This document shows, piece by piece, positions 27,997 through 37,005 of a stretch of DNA of 64,000 bases. The notes under the pieces are model-generated. The model was not told the origin of the DNA, did not search any database, and was given only the letters and a program-made list of their open reading frames with translations. Made by a program: the position numbers and the translations under genes. How positions within the stretch are numbered: position 1 is the stretch's first letter; every line of letters starts with the position of its first letter. Source of the DNA: an uncultured Alphaproteobacteria bacterium (GTDB lineage: Bacteria; Pseudomonadota; Alphaproteobacteria; RF32; CAG-239); assembly GCA_944391465.1 (NCBI GenBank), contig CALXTS010000002.1, forward strand, positions 21,250 to 85,249, read 5' to 3'.

Positions 27997-28490
27997 CCTC
28001 TTAAAAACTTCTCAATTTCTTGCAACTCTTTTTTAAGAGACTGTCTTCTTTTTTCAGCCTCTTCCTCAACACCCCAATTTTCAGCCTGCCAAATTTCTTC
28101 CAAAAAAGCGGCATGAAAGGCTTCTTCAGCATTAATTTTCCCTTTAACTAAAGCAAACGCCAAAAGAACCGAACGCATATTCAGAGCCGCCGCATAAAAA
28201 GCAACCAATTCCTTATCAGAAAATCCTTCTAAAATTTTCCGCAAACGCCATCCGGCCTCCTCATTTTCTTTGGGAACATCTAAACTTTGCGTTGTTTTTA
28301 ATTTAACATTCAATTCTTGACCAGCCCATTGCAGTAACGGCGCCCATTCTTGTTCTTGCAACAAAATCAAATCTTTATTTTGCCCCCAAAACAAGAGCAT
28401 ATCCGTTAAAGAAAATTGCACTAATTTGTTAATAATGACCTGTCGTTGTTTTCCAACTTCATCTGCCATTTTATTCAAATCATCAAGCAT
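27993..28490 (-). CDS. ATP12-family (F1-ATPase assembly chaperone) homologue, N-terminally short
   Basis: C-terminal ATP12-like pattern (SVLLAFALVKGKINAEEAFHAAFLEEIWQAENWGVEEEAEKRR). Only 165 aa. Confidence 0.6.
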   Translation of the reverse strand: MLDDLNKMADEVGKQRQVIINKLVQFSLTDMLLFWGQNKDLILLQEQEWAPLLQWAGQELNVKLKTTQSLDVPKENEEAGWRLRKILEGFSDKELVAFYAAALNMRSVLLAFALVKGKINAEEAFHAAFLEEIWQAENWGVEEEAEKRRQSLKKELQEIEKFLRG

Positions 28491-28494
28491 AGTA

Positions 28495-30624
28495 TCACCT
28501 ATTTATTTTAATAGTTTTCTTTAAAGTTCCCAACAAATCTTTTGCTGTATCTTTAATGTCATTTAAACCATCTTGCACTGTTTGGCTTGCATCTTGGTAA
28601 ACATTTTGTGTTTCGGCCCGAATACCCGACGGCTTAGGAAAACGTGAGGCATATGATGTCCCTTCCAAAGCGGTATAACAAGGAGAACTATTCGTATCTA
28701 ACAATAATTTTGAACCCAGATATGCTGTTCCTCCTGTTGTAGCAACACCAACCAATGCACTTAACGCCTCTTTATCATTAATAACAATCTTAGGCTCCTG
28801 AATCGTACCACTGATTTTAACAAAAGACGCAAGAGCTTGAGCCACATTTAAATCAATCAATTTTCCGGTAAACGGCTTTATTGAAAAATCAATCGCATCA
28901 TTAAGCAAGTTAATATTACCATCGGCAACTAAAGTAAGCTGATCAGCATTAAAGGCTATTCCTTTCGGGAAAATAGCTTTTCCGTTTGCAAAATTAGACC
29001 GAACAACCGCACATGTAAGATCCATCGTCTGCTTTTTAGAAGTATCAATCTTTAAAACATTCAACAATTGAGTAATAAAATTTCCTCTTAAGAACTGTAA
29101 TTTTCCGGTCTGCATCTTTGACTTTCCAACAATACCAACAACCAAACCATTAAGATTTTGTACAAGTTGCCGATAAGTTGCACCCTTTCCGGTCAAATTA
29201 ATATCCATATCTAAATTTCCACCGGATACAAAACCAAAATCATCATCCGAAGTAACAGCAAACTCTTGATACAAATTTTGCAGCTGCATATTTTTACTTA
29301 TAGCTTTTACCGCAAGAGATTGACTATCAGCATTTACATCAATTGAAGCATCTAACTCACCACCGCCAAAATTAAACTTTAACGGATTAATTTTCAACAA
29401 ACCATTTTTAAGGTCAGCCGCCAATATAATATTATTAGCTTCCATTCCGGGAGCAAAAATCAATTTTCCAACAGCAAGATTCATTTTTGCATCAAACTGC
29501 TTCAAAACACTATATGGTATTGTCGTATCAGGAACCATTGTGGAAGCGTAAGCAGAAGAAATCATCAACGGAGAAAGTAATGCAAAATTGCTTTCAGAAC
29601 TAAAGTTTTGCAAATTAATCAAATCACTTTTCAAATCAGCATTTATAAATGGAATATTTGTATTCCACTGAGCAGAAACTTTTCCGGTAATTAAATTATT
29701 AACAATATTCAAAATTTCAATCTGAACCGTAGCTTGATTAATGTCGCCATCAACACGAGCCTTTAAGGTTGTTTCCGGAGCATTCAAATTTCCGGCCGGA
29801 TTATAGATATTTGCTTCCAAAGCATATCTTGGACTTTGCAGAACATCCTCAACACTGCCGTTAACCGTCAAATTAAGTCCTAAAGCCTCCGCAGTCAACT
29901 CAAACGGATAAGGCTCTTTTGCCTCAATAAAGCTATTTAAAGAACCCAGTTCTAAAGAACCTTTAACCACATCCTGATTATAAACAACATCAAAATCCGC
30001 ACTCATCTGCTCATTAGGTGAAGGTGCTTTCATTGTAATATTGTTAATTTGTAAAACTGTCTCCTTTTTCGTTTTAGCATCATAATACTGTAGCAAACCA
30101 TTTTCAATTGTAACATTTTTGGCAGCAAAACCGGCAAGCAACGCAATAGCCGGATTCGTTTTTACTTTTTCCGCCACCTGCGGCTGACTAACATTTTGAG
30201 ATGATGATGTCACCTCTTTAGGAGTCCCGTTTGAAAAATCCCAACTAGCCTGACCGGAAGATGATACTTCCAAATAAATCTCGGGTTGCACAAGATTAAT
30301 ATTATCAATAACAATCTGTTTTTTTAATAAGGGTAAAATAGCAAACTTAACTTCTAACTTTTTAACAACCAATAAATCTTTAAACTGAGACCACTCAGGA
30401 GAAGAAAGAGCCACATCATTAATAATTATAGTCGGAACCAAAGAAATTCCCAAACTAGCATCACCATTAATTTCAAGTTTTCGTCCCAGTTCACGCTCAA
30501 CAATTTCGGTTGCATAAGATTTATATTTATTCAAATCAAAATTTCTGACTGCAACATATCCGGTAATAGCTAAAATTATGATTAAACTAAAAACAACAGA
30601 TGCCAGTTTTTTTACCCAACCCAT
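28495..30624 (-). CDS. AsmA family outer-membrane biogenesis protein
   Basis: N-terminal anchor plus the AsmA N-domain pattern (VAVRNFDLNKYKSYATEIVERELGRKLEINGD), then a long beta-rich body. 709 aa. Confidence 0.8.
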   Translation of the reverse strand: MGWVKKLASVVFSLIIILAITGYVAVRNFDLNKYKSYATEIVERELGRKLEINGDASLGISLVPTIIINDVALSSPEWSQFKDLLVVKKLEVKFAILPLLKKQIVIDNINLVQPEIYLEVSSSGQASWDFSNGTPKEVTSSSQNVSQPQVAEKVKTNPAIALLAGFAAKNVTIENGLLQYYDAKTKKETVLQINNITMKAPSPNEQMSADFDVVYNQDVVKGSLELGSLNSFIEAKEPYPFELTAEALGLNLTVNGSVEDVLQSPRYALEANIYNPAGNLNAPETTLKARVDGDINQATVQIEILNIVNNLITGKVSAQWNTNIPFINADLKSDLINLQNFSSESNFALLSPLMISSAYASTMVPDTTIPYSVLKQFDAKMNLAVGKLIFAPGMEANNIILAADLKNGLLKINPLKFNFGGGELDASIDVNADSQSLAVKAISKNMQLQNLYQEFAVTSDDDFGFVSGGNLDMDINLTGKGATYRQLVQNLNGLVVGIVGKSKMQTGKLQFLRGNFITQLLNVLKIDTSKKQTMDLTCAVVRSNFANGKAIFPKGIAFNADQLTLVADGNINLLNDAIDFSIKPFTGKLIDLNVAQALASFVKISGTIQEPKIVINDKEALSALVGVATTGGTAYLGSKLLLDTNSSPCYTALEGTSYASRFPKPSGIRAETQNVYQDASQTVQDGLNDIKDTAKDLLGTLKKTIKINR

Positions 30625-30627
30625 TTT

Positions 30628-31566
30628 TTACTCCTTAAATTCAATACCCAGATTTTTAAATGCTTCATTAAAATACTCAGGAAGCGGCGCCGAAATAATC
30701 AGCTTTTTATTATATATCTCTGACAAATCAATTTTGTATGCATGAAGATAAAGTTTATCCTTCAAATTAGCAAATCTCTCTCTTTTTTCTCCAAAATATT
30801 TAGAATCTCCGACAATCGGACACCCGATATGTTCAAGATGTGCTCTTATCTGATGCGTTCTTCCCGTCAAAGGAGAAGCCTCAACTAAAGAAAATTTAGT
30901 TCCAACCTTATCCCAAACACGATATTTAGTAACGGCCGGCTTTCCGTTAGAAATAACAACCATTTTTTCACCTTCTTTTTCCAACGGGGCTTTTATTTCA
31001 CCAACCTCTTTAGACGGACATCCGCGAACCAAAGCCAAATACGTTTTGTGTAAATTTTTTTCTTTAAATGCTCTGGTTAAAAGCTCTGCGCTCTGACGAC
31101 TGCGTGCCAAAATTAATACCCCGCTGGTATCTTTATCAATCCGATGAACCAGCTTGGGTTTATCATTTTTTTCAAACTTTAGAGCCTCCAACATGCCGTC
31201 AATATGTCTGTCGGTATTTGTTCCTCCTTGCACCGCCAAACCGGAAGGTTTATTTAGTGCAATAATTTCATTGTCTTTATAAATAACCAAAGACAAAATA
31301 AAATTTTCATCTAAATGAGAAACTTTTTCTTTTTTTAAATTATCGGCTGATGCTTTTTCATTATCCAGCGGAGGAAGCCTCAGTTCCTGCCCTGCCGTCA
31401 ATTTAGTTGAAGTTTCCGCACGCTGACCATCCAATTTAATCTGTTTGGTCCGCAACAATTTTTGCAAACGCCCCAAACTAAGACCAGGATATTCTCTTAA
31501 AAACCAACGATTCAAGCGCATACCATCATCTTCAGGTCTAATTTTTATAATTTTCACGCCAGCCAT
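30628..31566 (-). CDS. RluA-family 23S rRNA pseudouridine synthase (RluC/RluD type)
   Basis: N-terminal S4 domain. Catalytic HRIDKDTSGVLILA. GRTHQIRAH motif. Confidence 0.85.
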   Translation of the reverse strand: MAGVKIIKIRPEDDGMRLNRWFLREYPGLSLGRLQKLLRTKQIKLDGQRAETSTKLTAGQELRLPPLDNEKASADNLKKEKVSHLDENFILSLVIYKDNEIIALNKPSGLAVQGGTNTDRHIDGMLEALKFEKNDKPKLVHRIDKDTSGVLILARSRQSAELLTRAFKEKNLHKTYLALVRGCPSKEVGEIKAPLEKEGEKMVVISNGKPAVTKYRVWDKVGTKFSLVEASPLTGRTHQIRAHLEHIGCPIVGDSKYFGEKRERFANLKDKLYLHAYKIDLSEIYNKKLIISAPLPEYFNEAFKNLGIEFKE

Positions 31567-31653
31567 CAGAAATCCTCATAAAAAAAACACTTACATATTA
31601 GTTTACCAAAAACTAATTTACAATAATTAAATAAAAAGGATTAAAAATCAAAC

Positions 31654-32013
31654 CTACCAACACAAACGCCCAATTTTCATTCCGATAAACAAGAAGATAA
31701 TTCCCAAACCGAGAGAACCTAAAAGATAAAAAAGAGCCTCTGCGATTTTTTGATTATTTAACAAATTTCCAAAATCCAACATATAAGTTGAGAAAGTAGT
31801 AAAACCGCCTAAAATTCCCGTAATTACAAAAGCTCTGATTTCCGGACGTAAATAATCTCGACTTATAAAGAACTGAAAAGCGATTCCAATCAGCAATGCC
31901 CCGATAATATTCACAGACATAACCGCCCAATGTCCGCCGATTTTAACACAAAGCAAATGGCGTAATAACGCTCCGATTCCACCACCCAAAAAAACACTAA
32001 CCAAATTAATCAT
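31654..32013 (-). CDS. crcB: Fluoride ion channel CrcB/FluC
   Basis: 119-aa 4-TM protein with GGGIGALLRH and GGFTTFST motifs. Confidence 0.9.
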   Translation of the reverse strand: MINLVSVFLGGGIGALLRHLLCVKIGGHWAVMSVNIIGALLIGIAFQFFISRDYLRPEIRAFVITGILGGFTTFSTYMLDFGNLLNNQKIAEALFYLLGSLGLGIIFLFIGMKIGRLCW

Positions 32014-33340
32014 CTATATTTTCCTTTAAACCGGCAGATTTCTGTTTTTGTTTTTCTACCCGTAATTTATCAAAATAATCCACTCTTTTTTTAATCTCGC
32101 GTTCAAAACCTCTATCAACCGGAAAATACAATTTAACTCTCCGCATTCCATCCGGAAAATAATTAGCTCCGGAAAAACCGTCTTCACATTCGGGATCATA
32201 TTCATAACCATCACTATAACCAAGCTGTTTCATTAACTTTGTCGGAGCATTAAGAATATTCTTTGGCGGCATTAAAGAACCGGTTCTGCGAGCCAAATCA
32301 CGCGCCGCGTACATTGCTTTATACACGCCTATAGATTTAGGAGCCGTAGCCAAATAAGCCGCCAATTGCATTATAGCCAAATCCCCTTCCGGAGATCCCA
32401 ATCTTTCATAAGTATCCCAACAAGCAATTGCCTGAACAACAGCATTAGGTTCCGCCAAAGAAACATCTTCAACGGCAAATCTTGTCAAACGACGCAATAT
32501 ATATTTAGGATCTTCTCCAGCTTCCAACATTCTTGCCACCCAATACAAAGCAGCATCAACATCAGATCCTCGCAAAGATTTATGAACCGCCGATATCAAA
32601 TTATAATGCCCGTCACGCCCTTTATCATAAATCGGCGCCCGAGAACGAATAATTTGAACAATACTGTCTTTATCAAAAATCTCGTCATTTTGAGCATAAT
32701 TCCAAACGCTTTCCGCCAAATTAAGGATGTAGCGTCCGTCTCCGTCTGCCGTACTTTTCATAAACTCGCGAGCTTCTTTATCAACGGGAAGTTTTTTTCC
32801 GACTTCTTTTTCGGCCCGACATAACAATTCCTCAAAATCATCAGAATTTAACCGATTCAAAACAAAAACCTGACAACGAGACAAAAGCGCGGCATTTAGT
32901 TCAAAAGAAGGATTCTCCGTTGTCGCTCCAACCAAAATAACCGTTCCGTCTTCAACATACGGCAAAAAACCATCTTGTTGAGATTTATTAAACCGATGAA
33001 TTTCATCAACAAACAGTAATGTTCCTTTTCCTTGATTAGCACGGCGTTCTTGCGCATATTGGAAAACTCTTTTCAAATCGGCAACACCGGAAAATACTGC
33101 TGAAATTTGCTCAAAATAAAGATTTGTATTTTCTGCAATCAATCTGGCGATTGTTGTTTTTCCGCACCCCGGAGGTCCCCATAAAATAAACGATGTTATT
33201 TTTTTAGACTTAATCATTCTCCCCAAAGGAGCATTTTCACCGACAATATGATCCTGTCCGACAACTTCAGCCAAAGTCTGCGGACGTAATCTGTCAGCTA
33301 ACGGTCTTTTAATTTGTGTTGAAAATAAAGTCTCTTCCAT
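32006..33340 (-). CDS. rarA: Replication-associated recombination protein A (MgsA/RarA)
   Basis: AAA+ motifs GPPGCGKTT and LFVDEIHRFNK, plus the MgsA C-terminal domain. Confidence 0.9.
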   Translation of the reverse strand: MEETLFSTQIKRPLADRLRPQTLAEVVGQDHIVGENAPLGRMIKSKKITSFILWGPPGCGKTTIARLIAENTNLYFEQISAVFSGVADLKRVFQYAQERRANQGKGTLLFVDEIHRFNKSQQDGFLPYVEDGTVILVGATTENPSFELNAALLSRCQVFVLNRLNSDDFEELLCRAEKEVGKKLPVDKEAREFMKSTADGDGRYILNLAESVWNYAQNDEIFDKDSIVQIIRSRAPIYDKGRDGHYNLISAVHKSLRGSDVDAALYWVARMLEAGEDPKYILRRLTRFAVEDVSLAEPNAVVQAIACWDTYERLGSPEGDLAIMQLAAYLATAPKSIGVYKAMYAARDLARRTGSLMPPKNILNAPTKLMKQLGYSDGYEYDPECEDGFSGANYFPDGMRRVKLYFPVDRGFEREIKKRVDYFDKLRVEKQKQKSAGLKENIDD

Positions 33341-33397
33341 TTTCCTGCCGATTCTTTCTATATCACCGAAGTATAATAGACAATTAAAGACTTTTTA

Positions 33398-35770
33398 TCA
33401 ATTTTTCTTTTCAAAAGGATTATCCAGAGTTGCAACAGGCTCATCAAATGCTTCCTCAGACATCCACCAATCATCACTATTGTTAAAACCTCCATCAGAA
33501 ACATTTTTAACTTGATTTCGCCCGGATTTTTTCCATTTATTGGAAATATCCTCGACTAAGACAGTCGTTTTATCAGTCGCATCCTGAACTTTATCAATAG
33601 CTTCATCATAAGCAATATTCATATATTGACTTAATTCTGTTTCATCGTCAGCACCGGTATTAACATCATAAAAGACATCATCCAACGCCGGAACAACTTC
33701 ATCTTGGGGATTCCGCATCATAACCAAATCTTCATCTAAGAAATAGTTGGCATTAATTAAAGATTTTTCTCTAAATTCCGCATCTTTCAAATAATGTACA
33801 TTTTTAGCTAGTATCGGACGATTATAATACCCTTCGACCAAAACGACTTGATATCCCTTAGTTTCTATTTTTAAATTACGACTTGATTGCAAATCTTGCG
33901 CTAACCGATGATAATAAACAGAATTTGTATAAACCTTGTTTGATTTAAGCAATTGCATCTGCTGATGAACGGGAATTTGCACTGATTTTGTTCCAAAAAC
34001 CGCCAACTTATTAAGCTGCTTACTGAGTTTTTGATTGTTTTCCGCCATCACAATCTTATAGTTTGTAGATGCCACCAAATCTTCCAACATTTCTTTTCCA
34101 TAAACATTCTCAAAATTATAAAGACTGTTGCACAATAAAAGAAAAGACATATTTTTTGACTTAGTTTTAGACAGACTGGATATCAGGCTTCTGATTTTCA
34201 GCATTTGTCCGACATCATCCATAACCACCAACAACGGACAGCCATTTTTCCCTTTTCCGACACTCGGACATTGGCGCAATGCAATTTCAACAAACATCCG
34301 ACTGACAAATTTAGTACTTTTCGTATTAGCTGTCGAATAAACCGTTACCGGCTCTGTTTTTTTAGTCTCGGGATTTCGAATACCTCTAAGCATTGACATA
34401 TTAAAATCCCGCCCGCTTGTTCTTTCTCGAATAACCGCATTTCTAAAAATCATCAATGGTTTCAACAACATCGGAAAAACAATATCTCGTTGTTTAGCAG
34501 ATAAATAAACCAATTGCTGCAAACCGCTGACAACCTCCGCTCCATAATTAAAAAGTTTAGCTTCAAGCATCAAACCTTCAAGCCATTCTCGGCAATCTCC
34601 CTTCCCATTCGGAGCATTTTTATAGGTAAGATAGTTTTTAATAACCCAATCAGAAACCATACTGAGACACAAATCTTTTCCTTGCCACGGCGAAGGAATT
34701 CCTTCCCATGTTCCGATAGGTAAATAATCATCAATCGTTAGCTTTTCTTTTGCAATATCGGCAATAGCCTTTTCTGAATATTGCTGAGGCATCAAGACAT
34801 AATAACTTAACAAGATATCTTTATCATCCTTGCTCATTCGTCCTTTTTCAACAACCGTATTTAAAAAATAATCATTGGCCATTGCTTGAGAAGTTTTACA
34901 AACCATAAATTGTAAAAAACAATTAATAGCTCGATAAGTTAACCACTCCCAATAGTTATCTCGCTCCAAACTTTGCTCATAAGAAGCCAAATAACTGGCA
35001 ATAAAAGCCAAATAACTATCGCGCACCTCTCCTTTGGGCGGTAAATCGCTAATAGACAAAGGATTCCAACGCGGATAAAAATTCCTTTTTTCCGGATTAT
35101 CACACATATCCCAATTAAAATAAAAAACCCGTCCGTTCAGAGAACGATAACCGCTTGTATATTTCGCCAAAACGGCATCATTATCAACCGCCAAAACACT
35201 GGCTTTATCAGATTGCAAAATTGACGGGATTGCCACACTTGAGGTCTTGCCGCTGCCGGCCTCTCCGAAACAAAGGACGGAATCCGGAGCTTTAATACCT
35301 AAAATATGGCTACCGAAACGCCCGATAGCCATCATTCCTGTATTAAGCAAATCCATTTCCGCAACATCTTTTTCTTTGGCAAAATGATGATTTAATATAT
35401 ACCACAAGACAAAAGAATAAGAGCTTTTAATATAAGCAACACCTAAAATCACCAGAGAGACCAGCGGAGCCAATAATGGAATATATAGGCTCGGAATAAA
35501 TCTATGCTTTTCCAAAGCTACCCAAAATATATCCCACCATTTACCATAAGAAGAAAACAAAAAGCCGGGATTTTCCCATATTCTTAAATAAAAAGTTTCT
35601 AATAACAGAAATGTTTTATTGTTAAACCCTTGCTGAACTAATAATGACAAAGACAAAGACAAAAGAGCCGCCACCACAAAACAAACAAGCGACAAAATCA
35701 AAACGCCGACAAACTTTAATATAGCCGTCTTGACACTTTCTTCAGTTTCAATGCTTAATTTAACACCCAT
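33398..35770 (-). CDS. Type IV coupling protein-like ATPase (VirD4/TraG family)
   Basis: N-terminal TM helices. Walker A GEAGSGKTS in the context ...VLCFGEAGSGKTSSVAIPSIL...SVLAVDND...RVFYFNW...RWNPLS. Walker-B-like LLVVMDDVGQM. LLLCNSLYNFENVYG block. Acidic C-terminal tail. Confidence 0.8.
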   Translation of the reverse strand: MGVKLSIETEESVKTAILKFVGVLILSLVCFVVAALLSLSLSLLVQQGFNNKTFLLLETFYLRIWENPGFLFSSYGKWWDIFWVALEKHRFIPSLYIPLLAPLVSLVILGVAYIKSSYSFVLWYILNHHFAKEKDVAEMDLLNTGMMAIGRFGSHILGIKAPDSVLCFGEAGSGKTSSVAIPSILQSDKASVLAVDNDAVLAKYTSGYRSLNGRVFYFNWDMCDNPEKRNFYPRWNPLSISDLPPKGEVRDSYLAFIASYLASYEQSLERDNYWEWLTYRAINCFLQFMVCKTSQAMANDYFLNTVVEKGRMSKDDKDILLSYYVLMPQQYSEKAIADIAKEKLTIDDYLPIGTWEGIPSPWQGKDLCLSMVSDWVIKNYLTYKNAPNGKGDCREWLEGLMLEAKLFNYGAEVVSGLQQLVYLSAKQRDIVFPMLLKPLMIFRNAVIRERTSGRDFNMSMLRGIRNPETKKTEPVTVYSTANTKSTKFVSRMFVEIALRQCPSVGKGKNGCPLLVVMDDVGQMLKIRSLISSLSKTKSKNMSFLLLCNSLYNFENVYGKEMLEDLVASTNYKIVMAENNQKLSKQLNKLAVFGTKSVQIPVHQQMQLLKSNKVYTNSVYYHRLAQDLQSSRNLKIETKGYQVVLVEGYYNRPILAKNVHYLKDAEFREKSLINANYFLDEDLVMMRNPQDEVVPALDDVFYDVNTGADDETELSQYMNIAYDEAIDKVQDATDKTTVLVEDISNKWKKSGRNQVKNVSDGGFNNSDDWWMSEEAFDEPVATLDNPFEKKN

Positions 35771-35781
35771 AGTCCTTGTTT

Positions 35782-36939
35782 TTAATCCCGTCCTCTACTC
35801 TGTTCCCTGATAGCCATTATCATATCTCGAGAAGGCTTTTCTTGCTGAGGCTCTTCTCTTTGAACCTCATTTTGCTGAGTTTCATTTTGAAGTTCTTTTT
35901 TCTTTTCGGCAAACTCTTCTCTTTTTCTTTCCTTAAAGGCCTCGATTGTTTTTCGCAATTCTTGATTATGGTTTTTAACTTCAAGTTCATGTTCCGATTT
36001 TATATTTTTCAAAGCCTCTTCATCTTTAACGGGTGGACGCTCGGCATGGCGAAATACTTTTTTTCCAACCTTAAGCAATGTTTCCACACTGATTTCGCCA
36101 CCATTGATTAAATCCAAAACACCAAATTCCCGTCCATCATCCAAAAAGATTTTTGAAAGATCCAGAGCCTGACGTTTCCCTTTATCTTTTTTCTTAGGAG
36201 CTAAAATTTTAGCCAACTCATCTTTTCCGGGCACTCTTCCCAAAGCCTGAGCAATTTGCTCGGGAGTAATAATACACTCGCTTAAATCCAACTCCATAAT
36301 ATTTACACCGGTAAAATTACATCCGGTAAAATCAACTCCGCGTAAACTAACCTTAGATAAATCAATTTTTGTTAAATCCAAAAGAGTTAGATTCAATTTA
36401 GTTAAATTAAGTTTATGCGGATAATATTTTGCCAAATATTCAATTAAAGACTGAAGTTCCTCTAAAGCAATATCATCAATATCAATTCCGAGAAGGATTG
36501 CATCTTCCAAATCAGCATCGGTAAACCGCACGCCGCGCATTTTTGCTCCGGTAAAATTAGTACGAAGCAAAACAGAACCGGATAAAACCGCACCGGTCAA
36601 ATCTGCACCTTCCAAATTCGCATCTGTCAAATTAGCACCGGAAAAATCCACACCTTTAAGATTTGCTCCGGAAAAATCAACCCCCGTCAAATTAGCGACC
36701 GAAAAATTTGCTCCTTCTAAATTTTCTTGCGCAAATTTGCCGTTTTCCAGATTTTTACCGATAAAATCAAAATCAGAACGAACCACATCATTTTCAGCTG
36801 CAGTAATTTTTGAAACCGCATTCCAAGAATAACTGCCTTCTTCGGGAAAAGAAGGAGTTTCTCGATTAGTATATTGCTTCAGCTTGGATTTCCATGCATT
36901 TACAGATTTATCTTTTGTATCATTAACGCCCATTCCCAA
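35782..36939 (-). CDS. Pentapeptide-repeat protein with charged K/E/R-rich C-terminal extension
   Basis: Two blocks of A(D/N)LxG-type pentapeptides (ANFSVANLTGVDFSGANLKGVDFSGANLTDANLEGADLTGA...). The stop lies 11 nt upstream of the T4CP start. Confidence 0.85.
   Translation of the reverse strand: MGMGVNDTKDKSVNAWKSKLKQYTNRETPSFPEEGSYSWNAVSKITAAENDVVRSDFDFIGKNLENGKFAQENLEGANFSVANLTGVDFSGANLKGVDFSGANLTDANLEGADLTGAVLSGSVLLRTNFTGAKMRGVRFTDADLEDAILLGIDIDDIALEELQSLIEYLAKYYPHKLNLTKLNLTLLDLTKIDLSKVSLRGVDFTGCNFTGVNIMELDLSECIITPEQIAQALGRVPGKDELAKILAPKKKDKGKRQALDLSKIFLDDGREFGVLDLINGGEISVETLLKVGKKVFRHAERPPVKDEEALKNIKSEHELEVKNHNQELRKTIEAFKERKREEFAEKKKELQNETQQNEVQREEPQQEKPSRDMIMAIREQSRGRD
36274..36768 (-). 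repeat. In-frame degenerate 15-nt periodic repeats encoding the pentapeptide blocks
   Basis: Repeated ...GCNCCGGNAAAATC... units are visible on the + strand. They correspond to about residues 58-150 and 176-222. Confidence 0.6.
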
Positions 36940-36965
36940 AATCCGATAAAATTCCAGTTTCTGCC

Positions 36966-36994
36966 ATTATGACATTTTTTAAATATTTTTACAA
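36966..36994 (-). promoter_or_regulatory. Sigma70-like promoter for the pentapeptide/T4CP pair
   Basis: On the minus strand: TTGTAA, 17-nt spacer, CATAAT, about 27 nt upstream of the ATG at 36939. Confidence 0.35.
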
Positions 36995-37005
36995 ACAATT
37001 TATCA

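Noticed and set aside
31654-32100. Expected fluoride riboswitch upstream of crcB.
   Set aside because: The crcB start overlaps the rarA 3' end by 8 nt, so there is no leader in which a riboswitch could sit.
36274-36768. Regular short-period DNA repeats that could be taken for a CRISPR or tandem-repeat array.
   Set aside because: The period is 15 nt, in frame, and encodes pentapeptide repeats inside a long ORF. There is no repeat-spacer architecture.
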